Positions 28,771 to 38,346 of a DNA stretch of 64,000 nt are shown here, piece after piece. The notes beneath the pieces are model-generated. The model was not told the origin of the DNA, ran no database searches, and was given only the letters and a program-made list of their open reading frames with translations. The translations under genes and the position numbers were made by a program. Source of the DNA: Candidatus Bathyarchaeia archaeon (GTDB taxonomy: Archaea > Thermoproteota > Bathyarchaeia > Bathyarchaeales > Bathycorpusculaceae); NCBI GenBank assembly GCA_049512075.1, contig JBEKXL010000004.1:64001-128000 (forward strand). The letters run 5' to 3'. Positions within the stretch are counted from its first letter, which is position 1, and each line of letters opens with the position of its first letter.

Positions 28771-29835
28771 TCATTCTAGGCTTAGTTGCTTTTTTGCTGT
28801 CGAAAGTTCTGTAGGCGTTAGTTCTCTTGGGAAGTTGTAGATTGGGCCGCTGGGTTTCTCGTTGTAGAACGGACGATTACAGTCGGGGCATCCAGAAGTG
28901 AGAAAAGGCTCACCTTTTCGGATAATCACTGTCAGTCTCTTCTTGCTAATTCTGAAATCGGTGACAAGGCCATTCTCATCAAAACTCATGTCCTCGTACC
29001 GCACGATTCTGTGCAAGATCAGGTGCCTTGCAGTTTGAATTCGCCTGTATTTCGCAATTTGCGGCTGTGCTTGGTTTCTCAAGGCTGTTCCCGGTATCGG
29101 TGTGAAAGCAAACAGCGCTGGGAATATAGCCATGTCCACACATTTCTGAATTGTTCTAACCATTTCTTCGTCGGTCTCGCCCAATCCGACAATCAAATGC
29201 GTGCTGACCCTGCCTTCTCCGAAAACTTCCTTCGCCTGATTCAGAAGTTGCCACTGCTTTTTCCAGCTGTAAGGGCCTGCCGCACCGACTCCCTTCGTCC
29301 TGTCAAAAGCCTCTCTTGTGGCTCCATCCAAGGGTATCCCAATCCTTTCGGCACCTGCATTTGCCAATTGACGTATGTTTTCGATGTTGAGAGGCTGGCA
29401 CGAGACTGAAATCGGCACTTTCGCAGAATGACTCACTGCTCGTACTATAACGTGCAACTCGGTAAAGACTTGTGGATAGTTTAGAGCTTGGATGCAAACA
29501 CGTTTGATCTTGCTATTCCCCGCGGCATCGACGATTCCTTTGAGCACTTCTTGGGTTCGATAAGCTGGCCACGAAACTCTGGAAAGCATGTCTGCTCGTG
29601 TGTTGCTTCCACGGGCCTGCGGGCAGAACCCACAGTTTGCAGTGCACTTTTTTTGGCGGTACGTCATCAGGTAGGCTGTTGTCGGCGCGGCATCCAGCTT
29701 TGCGTCTGCCAATCCCAAGACAACAGCAGAACCGAGAGAAACACGAATCTGTTCAGGCAAGTTTTCACACAAGCTGATGACCCCCATCACACGTCTCCCC
29801 GCAGACACTGAACCCTGAGTATCGCTCTTACGCAA
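28771..29835 (-). CDS. lipS2: radical SAM protein, archaeal lipoyl synthase LipS2-like
   Basis: CTANCGFC plus TSGCPDCNRP motif; start uncertain. Confidence 0.8.
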   Translation of the reverse strand: MRKSDTQGSVSAGRRVMGVISLCENLPEQIRVSLGSAVVLGLADAKLDAAPTTAYLMTYRQKKCTANCGFCPQARGSNTRADMLSRVSWPAYRTQEVLKGIVDAAGNSKIKRVCIQALNYPQVFTELHVIVRAVSHSAKVPISVSCQPLNIENIRQLANAGAERIGIPLDGATREAFDRTKGVGAAGPYSWKKQWQLLNQAKEVFGEGRVSTHLIVGLGETDEEMVRTIQKCVDMAIFPALFAFTPIPGTALRNQAQPQIAKYRRIQTARHLILHRIVRYEDMSFDENGLVTDFRISKKRLTVIIRKGEPFLTSGCPDCNRPFYNEKPSGPIYNFPRELTPTELSTAKKQLSLE

Positions 29836-29953
29836 TGCGTGAAGTGTTGCACCACGTTAAAAAGCTTGTCACATCAAACAGAAATCTGAACTACACTTAA
29901 ATAAGCCGAGGCCTCCGAGCTAGGTGTAATCCTTCGAAGGAGTTCAGCGCAAA

Positions 29954-30430
29954 ATGTCCGTGAAAGAGATGACTTGCGAAGAAATTGATCAGTTTCTCAC
30001 GTGCACAAGAATAGGCCGACTCGGCATGGTTCTTGAAGACGGCCCATACGTAGTTCCGGTAGGATTTGCCTACGCTGAGGGGAAGGTGTTCTTTCACACA
30101 TGCTGCAAGGGCTTGAAGATGGAAAGCCTCAGGAAGAATACTAATGTCTGCTTCGAAGTGGACGAGGCTCTCTCGGATGCAACAATGTCCAAGAGCGTAA
30201 TAATCTTCGGTACAGCGGAAATCATCGAGGACGAACAGAGAATGATACCATACCTACAGAAGCTCATCGACAAATACAGGGTTCCACTCAACTTCGACGA
30301 GTACATGCGCAAACCGGGAAGAAACCGAGAAAGTGAGCTCAAGGCCGCAAGGATTTGCCTCATCACACCCACGAAGATCACAGGCAGAAAACTACTTCCC
30401 ACAGAAGGACTTCATCCCACTTCGACATGA
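29954..30430 (+). CDS. pyridoxamine 5'-phosphate oxidase / NimA-like flavin-binding protein
   Basis: GRLG...PYVVP, FHT..G.K, NVCFEVD, SVIIFG. Confidence 0.85.
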   Translation: MSVKEMTCEEIDQFLTCTRIGRLGMVLEDGPYVVPVGFAYAEGKVFFHTCCKGLKMESLRKNTNVCFEVDEALSDATMSKSVIIFGTAEIIEDEQRMIPYLQKLIDKYRVPLNFDEYMRKPGRNRESELKAARICLITPTKITGRKLLPTEGLHPTST

Positions 30431-30601
30431 CCCAACCTTTCGTATTGGTCCAACAATATGCAAGCAATTTCTAGGCGATTCACAGGGGTCTCGATCCCAC
30501 TTAACTCGGAAAACAAGGTCACCTGCGTACGTGTTCTCGACTAAGGATTCAGAATTCACAAACAATTTATCCGTAGCAAGACAAAGCCACACGCAAGGTG
30601 C

Positions 30602-30958
30602 ATGTACATGCGCAGGTCAAAGCTTGAAACATATGAGGCAATACTGGGAGCCCTGGCAAAGAAACCAATGAAAATCGACAGGCTCGCATACAAGGTTGGC
30701 CTGGACTGCACTGGTCTAAGGAGAAACCTGGATTTTCTGATTGAAAACGGACTGGTTGAAGAAATATTCCTCCCAAAAGGAACATCCTACGCCGCAACAG
30801 AGAGAGGAATATCCGTTTTCAAGACTCTTGACTTCCAGAAATACTTCAAGAAGATACAAGACACTCTCATAGCTATAGACAAAGCCATGAGAATAGTGCC
30901 GGAAGTGTCAAAGCGTACGGAAAAGTCAGAAAAAGAACTGTCTGACGAAAAGTATTAA
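30602..30958 (+). CDS. archaeal winged-HTH regulator
   Basis: RRSKLE.Y..IL, L.FLIENGLVE, Y.ATERG. Confidence 0.8.
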   Translation: MYMRRSKLETYEAILGALAKKPMKIDRLAYKVGLDCTGLRRNLDFLIENGLVEEIFLPKGTSYAATERGISVFKTLDFQKYFKKIQDTLIAIDKAMRIVPEVSKRTEKSEKELSDEKY

Positions 30959-30989
30959 ACAGTTGACCGTGCCTTCCTGACGGAGAACG

Positions 30990-31979
30990 ATGAAGCAGAT
31001 TTCCCCCGAAGCCATCTGGAACATGAATGAGAAGGAACTTTCAGCCTTTCTTGAGAAGAACCTACTGCGTTCCAGAACAAAGGAAATCCGCTTCTACGCC
31101 CCGAGTTTCATGTACTACAAGACGAGTTATTATCGCTCTTCACCGACAATTTTTCCAACAATCTCAGTAACTGGTAAGAGCTGTGCGCTCAACTGTAAAC
31201 ACTGCGGCGGCCTGGTTCTGGAAACGATGCACCCAGTTAAGTCATCTGAAGAATTGTTTGAACTGTGCGTCCAGCTGAAGAAAAAAGGCGCCCTAGGATG
31301 CTTGATAAGCGGTGGATGCCTGCCCAACGGGTCAGTGCCAGTTGGAAAATTCATCGACAGCATAGCCAGAGTCAAACGGGAGCTAGGCTTGACAATTCTG
31401 GTGCACACAGGCATAATCGACGAGACTACTGCCAAGGCGCTGGCGGAGGCCAAGGTGGATTCAGCCCTGGTAGACATTATCGGTTCCAACGACACCATCA
31501 AGGAAATATGCAAGCTGAACGTCACAGTCGACGATTATTCTCGTTCATTGAAAGCCCTGCAGGAATCGGGCCTCTCATTTGTTCCGCACGTCATCGTCGG
31601 GCTTCATTATGGAAGACTCGAAGGCGAATTGCAGGCTCTGCAGATGATACGAAATTACAGGCCTTCAGCCTTAGTCGTGATCGCGTTCATGCCCATACGT
31701 AAAACAGAAATGGAAAAAATCGACCCACCAAAACCTGCGGAGATAGCCAAGGTGATAGCAGCTACGAGACTGATATTTCCTGAGACTCCGTTGGTTCTAG
31801 GTTGTATGCGTCCTAAGGGCAGGCATAGGGTCGAAACGGACACCATGGCTATTAAGGCAGGCGTCGATGCCATAGCCTTTCCATCAGAGGAGGCAGTCAG
31901 GTTCGCTGAACAACATGGGAGGACAGTGGCCTTCTCATCTCTTTGCTGCTCACAGATATACGTGGACTTAACAAGCTGA
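30990..31979 (+). CDS. lipS1: radical SAM protein, archaeal lipoyl synthase LipS1-like
   Basis: CALNCKHC, GCMR and C-terminal CC motifs. Confidence 0.8.
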   Translation: MKQISPEAIWNMNEKELSAFLEKNLLRSRTKEIRFYAPSFMYYKTSYYRSSPTIFPTISVTGKSCALNCKHCGGLVLETMHPVKSSEELFELCVQLKKKGALGCLISGGCLPNGSVPVGKFIDSIARVKRELGLTILVHTGIIDETTAKALAEAKVDSALVDIIGSNDTIKEICKLNVTVDDYSRSLKALQESGLSFVPHVIVGLHYGRLEGELQALQMIRNYRPSALVVIAFMPIRKTEMEKIDPPKPAEIAKVIAATRLIFPETPLVLGCMRPKGRHRVETDTMAIKAGVDAIAFPSEEAVRFAEQHGRTVAFSSLCCSQIYVDLTS

Positions 31980-31980
31980 T

Positions 31981-33636
31981 CTACTTCTGAATGGCCACGA
32001 TCGCCGTCATCACCGCAAACTCTGAGGCAGCCATCGTAAAGAAGATGGGCAGAACAAGGTTTTCAGCATAGAGAAACGCAACGAACGCAGTAACGATTGG
32101 CAGCGCAACCATCACGAACCCGGGTATCAGGGTCAGGATGTAAGTGGTGAGTTTTGAGTAGATGTTGCCAACAGCGAAGCCTTCCTTCCAGAACTTTCTT
32201 GCGAGAAGCGTGAGTTCAAGCATAATGCCAGCAGACACTGCGAGCGCATGTACTAACCCGTAAGTCAATATCAAGGTAAAGTCTCTTTTCAGGTATACTG
32301 CAACAAAGAAGAGCACGACCAGAGAAATCAGGTACGTGACGATTGACAACAATGTTTTCGCCGATATCAGCGTTCTCTTTTTCATCGGAAGGCTTCTTGT
32401 GAACGCAGAGGCTAACCCTTCCATTGACAGCAAAGTCGGTGGAAGCAAGAGCGTGATCATCGATATTCCGATCAAAGCGCTCAGGGTGACTATTAGGGTC
32501 AGACTGCTTAGGGAAGAGAACGATATTGAAAGGATGATTGTTTGCATGGCTGGAAGTAGAAAGAGGCTTGCAAACGAGGGCACTCTAGAAGCGACTCTCA
32601 AGTCCTTGCGAATTATGCCGAGCCAAGGGATTTGGGGCTTGATCTGCGTGTCTTTGACAATTCCTTTTGCCCTCGGAATGGCTCCGCCTCCGCCGATTGT
32701 TCTCACCGTTTGCGTGACCCACCTGTAGCAGAAGAGCGCGACAAATACGTACGCAATGGATGCTGCTATGGAAGAACCGAGCACAGTGTAATCTGGGGCT
32801 CTGGGAAAAGTCAGGTAGGAAGCGAGGAAGCTGTATGAAAATGGATAAATCAGGACTATGAACTGTAGAATTGAAGAAAAAGACTGAGTCAGAGACGTGA
32901 GGTATTGAACGATGTTCCCCGCGAAGCTTACGACTAGGTATGCGCCGAAAGTTGGAAGTATCCAGACTATCATGAAGAGAAGTCTGACAAGGGTTTGCCA
33001 TCTTGATCTTCCGCCGCCTCCTGCAACTCTAGAATAGAAGAACTTGGCTGAACCGATAGTGAGTGCAACGGCAAAAATCTCTGTTATCACCGTGGCCATA
33101 AGCAATATCAGGCCGCCGAGGAGTGAACCGCCGACAAGAAAATAGGCTGAAAGAAACACTACCGCTGCGGCTATAAGGGGGATGTCGAACATCCTCAGGA
33201 AAGACACGAACAGGATGCTTGAGATATCTTGTTTTGTGAGTGGAAAGGCACCTAACACATCGCTCATCTTCGATGAGACGAAGCCTGTTGAAACCTGCAG
33301 TCCCATGAAGACTATCAGGAAGAGCACGACTGCAAGAAAGGCTGTAACGCTCCCCATAAGTGTGGGCCAGCTGGCCACATCTCTAGTGGCGGAAGGTGTC
33401 GACGAAGTCATGAAGCCGGTCATGGGGAGAAACACTGTGAACCCGAAGATTGCTATGAAGAAGGTTGTTACGAGTTTGCTGATGAGCGTGCTCGTTCGAG
33501 CATTAGCTACAAGTCTCTTGATGTCTGTTCTGCCCCTCTGAGGCAGGGATGAGCCGACGCGGAGGGAAAAGATAGATTGAAACGATATTTCCTTGTACAC
33601 GATGCTTGAGAGCTTCCAAATCTCGCGAAGTTTCAA
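31981..33636 (-). CDS. polytopic membrane protein, ABC permease-like
   Basis: Many hydrophobic segments; 2 bp downstream of the ABC ATPase. Confidence 0.8.
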   Translation of the reverse strand: MKLREIWKLSSIVYKEISFQSIFSLRVGSSLPQRGRTDIKRLVANARTSTLISKLVTTFFIAIFGFTVFLPMTGFMTSSTPSATRDVASWPTLMGSVTAFLAVVLFLIVFMGLQVSTGFVSSKMSDVLGAFPLTKQDISSILFVSFLRMFDIPLIAAAVVFLSAYFLVGGSLLGGLILLMATVITEIFAVALTIGSAKFFYSRVAGGGGRSRWQTLVRLLFMIVWILPTFGAYLVVSFAGNIVQYLTSLTQSFSSILQFIVLIYPFSYSFLASYLTFPRAPDYTVLGSSIAASIAYVFVALFCYRWVTQTVRTIGGGGAIPRAKGIVKDTQIKPQIPWLGIIRKDLRVASRVPSFASLFLLPAMQTIILSISFSSLSSLTLIVTLSALIGISMITLLLPPTLLSMEGLASAFTRSLPMKKRTLISAKTLLSIVTYLISLVVLFFVAVYLKRDFTLILTYGLVHALAVSAGIMLELTLLARKFWKEGFAVGNIYSKLTTYILTLIPGFVMVALPIVTAFVAFLYAENLVLPIFFTMAASEFAVMTAIVAIQK

Positions 33637-33638
33637 GC

Positions 33639-34412
33639 CTACTCCTCTTCCAGAGCCTTGATTACGTCCTGCATCCCTGCTTCCTGCTCTGTCACCTTCA
33701 AGAAAATGTCTTCTAATGAACCCTCAGCGTCTTTCACAAGCCTGCGAAGATCGTCAACCGTCCCTTCCCCCACGATTTTTCCCTTGTTTATTATCGCCAC
33801 CTTTGTGCAGAGCTTTTCAGCAACTTCCATTATGTGTGTTGAGAATATCACGGCGCCGCCCTTTTTCGCGTGGAAGGTTATTAGTTCTTTGAGGATTTTG
33901 GAGGAGCGTGCATCCAAGCCCACCAAAGGCTCGTCCAAGATTAGCAGTTTAGGGTCGTGCAACAAGGCTGCAACAATGGCTACCTTCTGTTTGTTTCCCA
34001 TGGACAAAGCCGCGATTGGAGTGTCAAAGTACTGTTTGAGTTCGAAGGCAGACACGAATCTTTCAAGCCTAGGGTTCGTTACGCTAGCTTCTAACCGTCT
34101 TATCGAGGATATGAACTCGAAAAACTCCCGGGGGGTAAGAGAATCTATTAGAATAACCTCTTCTGGAACGTAGCCAACCTGACTCTTTGCAGCCACTTCG
34201 TTTGAAATGGGTGTGTCGTAAATTTTAACGCTGCCCGCGTGGGGTGTAAGAACGCCCACCAAAACCTTAATGGTGCTTGTTTTGCCTGCGCCGTTAGGGC
34301 CAAGCAGCCCGTAAATCTCGCCATTATTAACCGTGAACGATAGGTTCTCAACAGCTACAAAAGTGCCGTAAGTAATAGCAAGTCCTTCTACTTTCACAGC
34401 AACCTCTTCCAT
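33639..34412 (-). CDS. ABC transporter ATP-binding protein
   Basis: GPNGAGKT, LSMGNKQK, ILDEP, STH; start set at ATG 34412. Confidence 0.93.
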   Translation of the reverse strand: MEEVAVKVEGLAITYGTFVAVENLSFTVNNGEIYGLLGPNGAGKTSTIKVLVGVLTPHAGSVKIYDTPISNEVAAKSQVGYVPEEVILIDSLTPREFFEFISSIRRLEASVTNPRLERFVSAFELKQYFDTPIAALSMGNKQKVAIVAALLHDPKLLILDEPLVGLDARSSKILKELITFHAKKGGAVIFSTHIMEVAEKLCTKVAIINKGKIVGEGTVDDLRRLVKDAEGSLEDIFLKVTEQEAGMQDVIKALEEE

Positions 34413-34709
34413 ACCCAACCTTCCCTGATTGAACCATACGTGCGTTGTCAGTTGCCTTAATACGTTTCTGTCAGCACCAACCAACAACAACGTCTCGATT
34501 TTCGAACTGTTTCGAAGTGACCATAAAACCGAGTTTTTCACATAATGAACGAACTAACTGCCGAGCCCTCAGAGTGTGAAGCCTCTCCGAGCATCAATAA
34601 ACCCTGCTCGCCCCAATATCCAGCACGCCTCGTTGACCTGAGTATGCACCGACACCCGTCTGCTCCATATTGCTTCTTTACAAAAAAAAATTACCATAGA
34701 CACAAGATC

Positions 34710-34952
34710 AAAAGCCGGGGGTCCTCACCTCCCCCGTAGCCCCGGCTGCTCCGATCATTCAAGAACTGTTACCAGACAATGTTACATCTGACGTTACCGA
34801 CAGGGGAGGGCGGTCAACGACAAAACATCACGAAACAACATTGCGGTCTTGTAGTCCAACATAATGTTAGACCTAAACAAAAAAAGCCGGGGGTGGGGGT
34901 CAACAACTCAACGCTGCAGCAGATTGCAGTTACAGATTACATCTGACCTTAC
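34710..34952. repeat. two related non-coding units (possible sRNAs or operator arrays)
   Basis: AAAAGCCGGGGGT at 34710 and 34882; TTACATCTGAC(G/C)TTAC at 34782 and 34937. Confidence 0.5.
34713..34747 (-). terminator. GC hairpin followed by a T tract on the minus strand
   Basis: AGCCGGGG / CCCCGGCT arms with A runs at 34710 and 34682. Confidence 0.45.
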
Positions 34953-34992
34953 AACGCAGAGGGGGCAATTCTGAAGCTCTGCTGGTCACTGA

Positions 34993-35711
34993 TTACGTCT
35001 CTGTGGTGGGCATGCTGTCAGGAACGAATCGCATGAGCTTTTGTAACGAACGCATTTTCTCCCTCTCTCCAACTCTTGCATTCTGTACCGCTTGCCTGAG
35101 AATTTGAATGGACTCGTCCATGGCTCTTCTGTCAACTGGACGGGGAACGCCGTCCTTTCCGCCGTACGCGAAAGAGTATTTCACTGGGTCTTTCCAGCTC
35201 GGCTTTTCGCCGTAAATCACTTCTGCAACCAAGGCTAGGCCCCTAACCGTCGCGGGTCCGACACCTCTGAATCCGAGCAGTTCTTCATAGTTAGAGGGCT
35301 GGAACTCGTAGACGTCGCGCAGAGTCTTCCAGTTTGTGTTTCTAGGCATCGACAAATTGTCAAATGGATATTCTTTCCAATCGTCTTCCGCGCTTCTGGG
35401 CAGCCATTCGCCCAGCGACTTCTGGAATTCGGGCCTCAGAGATTGTAGCATTCGGATCAACCTTTTCGGCTCTTCCTTCGTAAGATCGACTGAGGCCTTT
35501 CGACAGCCCTCACTCTCTTCTGCGGTCATGTCCAAGACCGTGTCATGTTTCACGTCGCCCACTATCGCACTGTGCGGTTCAACGACAAAGCTTCTAACAT
35601 TGTCTGAGAGCCAATGATAGCGCCTCGCCGTCCGGTCTTCGGTGCACATGCCCTGTTGCACGACCGCCCACTTCCTATTATCGGCAATGAAGAATGCGTG
35701 GTGATAAAGCT
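34993..35711 (-). pseudogene. DUF763 gene, 3' half (separated by E2)
   Basis: Reads LYHHAFFIADNRKWAVVQQGM...ARRYHW...GVGPATVR.L.LVAE...FAYGGKDG from the junction. Confidence 0.9.
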
Positions 35712-35808
35712 ATCATTCGGCAAGTGGTGACATCTCCCGCACAATCCCCATTTTTTCTAACGTAAAGACTGCATCGTTAGCGGGTCTCACTTCTGGAAGG
35801 CGTGAACC

Positions 35809-36033
35809 ATGAGTGAAACACAAGAGAAACAGAAGAAAGAGCAAACAGAATGCGGATGGTTTGGCCACGCGGGTTGGTCAGCTAATCCCAATGACAAAGG
35901 CCTGCCTTTCGAATACTGCAAAGATTGTTCGAAACAGGAAAAATGCCGGAACAAGGACTTAGGCAACCAGGAAGAGAATGCAATAGAGTCAGCCTATGAT
36001 CAGATGTATGGACAAGAGGCTGAACAAGAATGA
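35809..36033 (+). CDS. small Cys-rich hypothetical protein
   Basis: C..GH...CKDC....C; first gene of a coupled four-gene operon. Confidence 0.6.
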   Translation: MSETQEKQKKEQTECGWFGHAGWSANPNDKGLPFEYCKDCSKQEKCRNKDLGNQEENAIESAYDQMYGQEAEQE

Positions 36034-36236
36034 GTGAAAAGGACCAAATCATTAAGCCTCTAGGGTTTTTGAACAGAAAAGGCAGTAGACTCGGCAACTC
36101 AAAAGAGGCCACTCATTTCCATGCAACCGAAAAATATGATGATGGTTTGGAAATTAGAGCCAGGTGTGTTAAGCTGGCGTGTGAAATGTTGGCAGAAGAC
36201 ATCCTGGTAAAAGAGTACATGAAGGTGAAGAAATGA
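36030..36236 (+). CDS. small hypothetical protein
   Basis: ATGA overlaps on both sides. Confidence 0.6.
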   Translation: MSEKDQIIKPLGFLNRKGSRLGNSKEATHFHATEKYDDGLEIRARCVKLACEMLAEDILVKEYMKVKK

Positions 36237-36355
36237 ACAAGCTAAAAGAAGCAATGTTGACCCTAGCAGCGATTTTGGGTTTAATTTGGATTTTAGCCAC
36301 AGACCTTAACGAATTTTCCGAGTGGTTGGAACAACGCGCCGGGAGCTGGCTCTAA
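36233..36355 (+). CDS. 40-aa single-TM peptide MNKLKEAMLTLAAILGLIWILATDLNEFSEWLEQRAGSWL
   Basis: Translated by hand; exactly bridges 36236 and 36356. Confidence 0.6.
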   Translation: MNKLKEAMLTLAAILGLIWILATDLNEFSEWLEQRAGSWL

Positions 36356-36667
36356 ATGAAGACACGACTCGAAGTGACTGAGAAATTCGTTATCATCCAC
36401 TCCCGAAATCATGACGACTTCAGCAGCCAATGCGGAAAGATTGAACATGAAGTCTCAGCGCGCTTTGAAATTGAAATTCCAGCAGAAGTCATAGCCTTGC
36501 TTCAGAACCTCAGACAATCTGGAAAGCTGGACCTGATAATTTCCTTGGAAGGCCAGCGCATGATCGACCTGAGAGATAAGGAACAAAAGAGTCCTTTCAT
36601 TTCGGACGGCAGCAACGTTGTCAAGGGCAAAAACATTCTGCAAAGAATAGTCGCTTGGGTTCTATGA
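36356..36667 (+). CDS. hypothetical protein
   Basis: ATG immediately after the previous stop. Confidence 0.55.
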   Translation: MKTRLEVTEKFVIIHSRNHDDFSSQCGKIEHEVSARFEIEIPAEVIALLQNLRQSGKLDLIISLEGQRMIDLRDKEQKSPFISDGSNVVKGKNILQRIVAWVL

Positions 36668-37296
36668 CAGTAAATAGGGTAAATAAACAGGTGAACAGCT
36701 TTCAATTCTTAATATCAGCTATCTTGCTTCATAGCGTGGAATGTTTGATGAAATTTGTACCCCAAGACCTTTAGCTTTGTTAACATTTATTTCTTTACTT
36801 ACAGCAGCAACGACTACACAGAGACACCTTGAGACTCAGTAAATAGTTTTGAAACATCAAGGCACGGAAGTTTAAGGATAGATAAATAAGAATAAACTTA
36901 CGAATAAAAGGATTCACGGGTTCATGGCAGCCCACGTTTTGTAGGATTGAGAAACACCAAAGTTTGCAGGGCTATTTACTGGTAAATAGCCGTGTTTTCC
37001 ATGCAGCCGAATAGGTTTAACATTCATAAGTAGTCGGGACGAGAGCTACAAGTGCGGGGTTAAGACTGAATAAAGAATGAAGGTCAACGTGGCAAGTAAT
37101 TTCGATGTCGAAAATAGTTGCCATGATGAATTTCCAGCAAAGAAGGAAGGGTCCGCGTATGGAGTCCGAGACCGAAACAAAGAAGGGCGGTTCATTATGG
37201 AGATTGACGGTGAACTTAGCACGGTGCTAATTATCTCTCAGCAGCCGAATAGGTAAATGAATAAGTAAATAAAAGGTTAGCAGAAAGGCTATTCGG
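36668..37296. repeat. repeat-rich locus between convergent operons
   Basis: CAGTAAATAG at 36668, 36837 and inverted at 36972; palindrome GCTATTTAC-TG-GTAAATAGC 36971-36990; GCAGCCGAATAGGT at 37003 and 37241; inverted CCGAATAG at 37289. Confidence 0.7.
37077..37256 (+). CDS. 59-aa ORF between 14-bp direct repeats
   Basis: Translated by hand MKVNVASNF...IISQQPNR; ends on the second repeat copy. Confidence 0.35.
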   Translation: MKVNVASNFDVENSCHDEFPAKKEGSAYGVRDRNKEGRFIMEIDGELSTVLIISQQPNR

Positions 37297-37349
37297 TATC
37301 TTTCTCGGTAAGTAAAAATATTAATAGGCATTGGGCTAGCCTAGTTCCT

Positions 37350-37442
37350 TCATATAATTCCTAGCCAGATTAGAACGATTCCAAGAGCTAAAACAGAGAA
37401 GCCTACAGCCATGCAGACATTTTCTAACATGTATTCGCTCAT
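37350..37442 (-). CDS. 30-aa single-TM peptide MSEYMLENVCMAVGFSVLALGIVLIWLGII
   Basis: Translated by hand; GAGG RBS; follows the recombinase. Confidence 0.5.
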   Translation of the reverse strand: MSEYMLENVCMAVGFSVLALGIVLIWLGII

Positions 37443-37462
37443 TGGATCCTCTTCAAGAAAAC

Positions 37463-38344
37463 TTAGCGATAACTCGGATTAGCCCTATTCATCTTTTCAG
37501 TCAATCCACGCCACCCGCGCTTTGCATAGCGGTTCGCAGTTTGCCAATCTTCCCATGAGAAATAGGCTAACAGATCAATGATTTCAAATTGGTAGTCATC
37601 GACTAACTGCGAGCTTCGCTGACTACGAAACCAATGAATCCATAGATGCAGCTCATCCGCGATTTTAACCTGTTCTTTTTTGCCGAGAACTGAAACCATG
37701 AAAGGTTCGTCAAGGCCCAGGCGCTGCTTCAGGTTCTTGGATGCTAGCCTATTTGTTTGCCGAATACACAGATAGGCCCACGTTGAAGTGTATGGCAGCT
37801 TCTTGTTAACGTCAAGTCTATCCGTGTCCACTGGTCCGTGAACTTTTTTAAAGTTTCTAGTATGCCGTTGCGGTGACGGAAACAAAAGGGCCTCAGGCTG
37901 TTCAATGCTGTTCAAGTGCTGCACGAGAAGAGCTGCCAGGGGTTCTCTTAACTGAATAGCGAATGGCTTCCTAGTCTTATAGAGTGTTTGAGTGTGCCAG
38001 CGTTTCTTCCCTTCCCCATCCACGTAAGAATCAAGTTTCACGTACCTTTTCAGCAGCCGCATTTTAGAAACCTTGACTACTCCCTCTTTTTCCATGACCT
38101 CAAAATTGTTCCGTTTCAACTGAAGAACTTCAGAAACCCTTCCTCCAGTTAGAAAGAGCGTAGCGAAAAACGCCTTTTGAATCGGCACTGTTATGAGGCT
38201 GAACAGTTCCAGCAGCGCGGTCCAGCCTACAAACTCTTCAATGTTCTCCGTTACTGAAAGCCTAAAATAGTCATGGCTGGCCCAGTATCCAACTCTGCTG
38301 GGTTCAAGAGAAGTTAAAGTTTCTATTTCAGAAATCACAATCAC
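37463..38344 (-). CDS. second tyrosine recombinase of E2 (catalytic domain with insertions)
   Basis: LTGGRVSE, HWFRSQR, FSW, ANRY; start uncertain (GTG 38344 or 38338). Confidence 0.85.
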   Translation of the reverse strand: MIVISEIETLTSLEPSRVGYWASHDYFRLSVTENIEEFVGWTALLELFSLITVPIQKAFFATLFLTGGRVSEVLQLKRNNFEVMEKEGVVKVSKMRLLKRYVKLDSYVDGEGKKRWHTQTLYKTRKPFAIQLREPLAALLVQHLNSIEQPEALLFPSPQRHTRNFKKVHGPVDTDRLDVNKKLPYTSTWAYLCIRQTNRLASKNLKQRLGLDEPFMVSVLGKKEQVKIADELHLWIHWFRSQRSSQLVDDYQFEIIDLLAYFSWEDWQTANRYAKRGWRGLTEKMNRANPSYR

Positions 38345-38346
38345 CT

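Noticed and set aside
36971-36990. Hairpin-telomere site with the recombinase as protelomerase
   Set aside because: The palindrome is short with an asymmetric centre, and the enzyme has TGGR rather than the TGRR typical of telomere resolvases.
36668-37296. CRISPR array or classical integron attC array
   Set aside because: Repeats are 8-14 bp, irregularly spaced and in mixed orientation; no cas genes and no attC-like R/L box structure seen.
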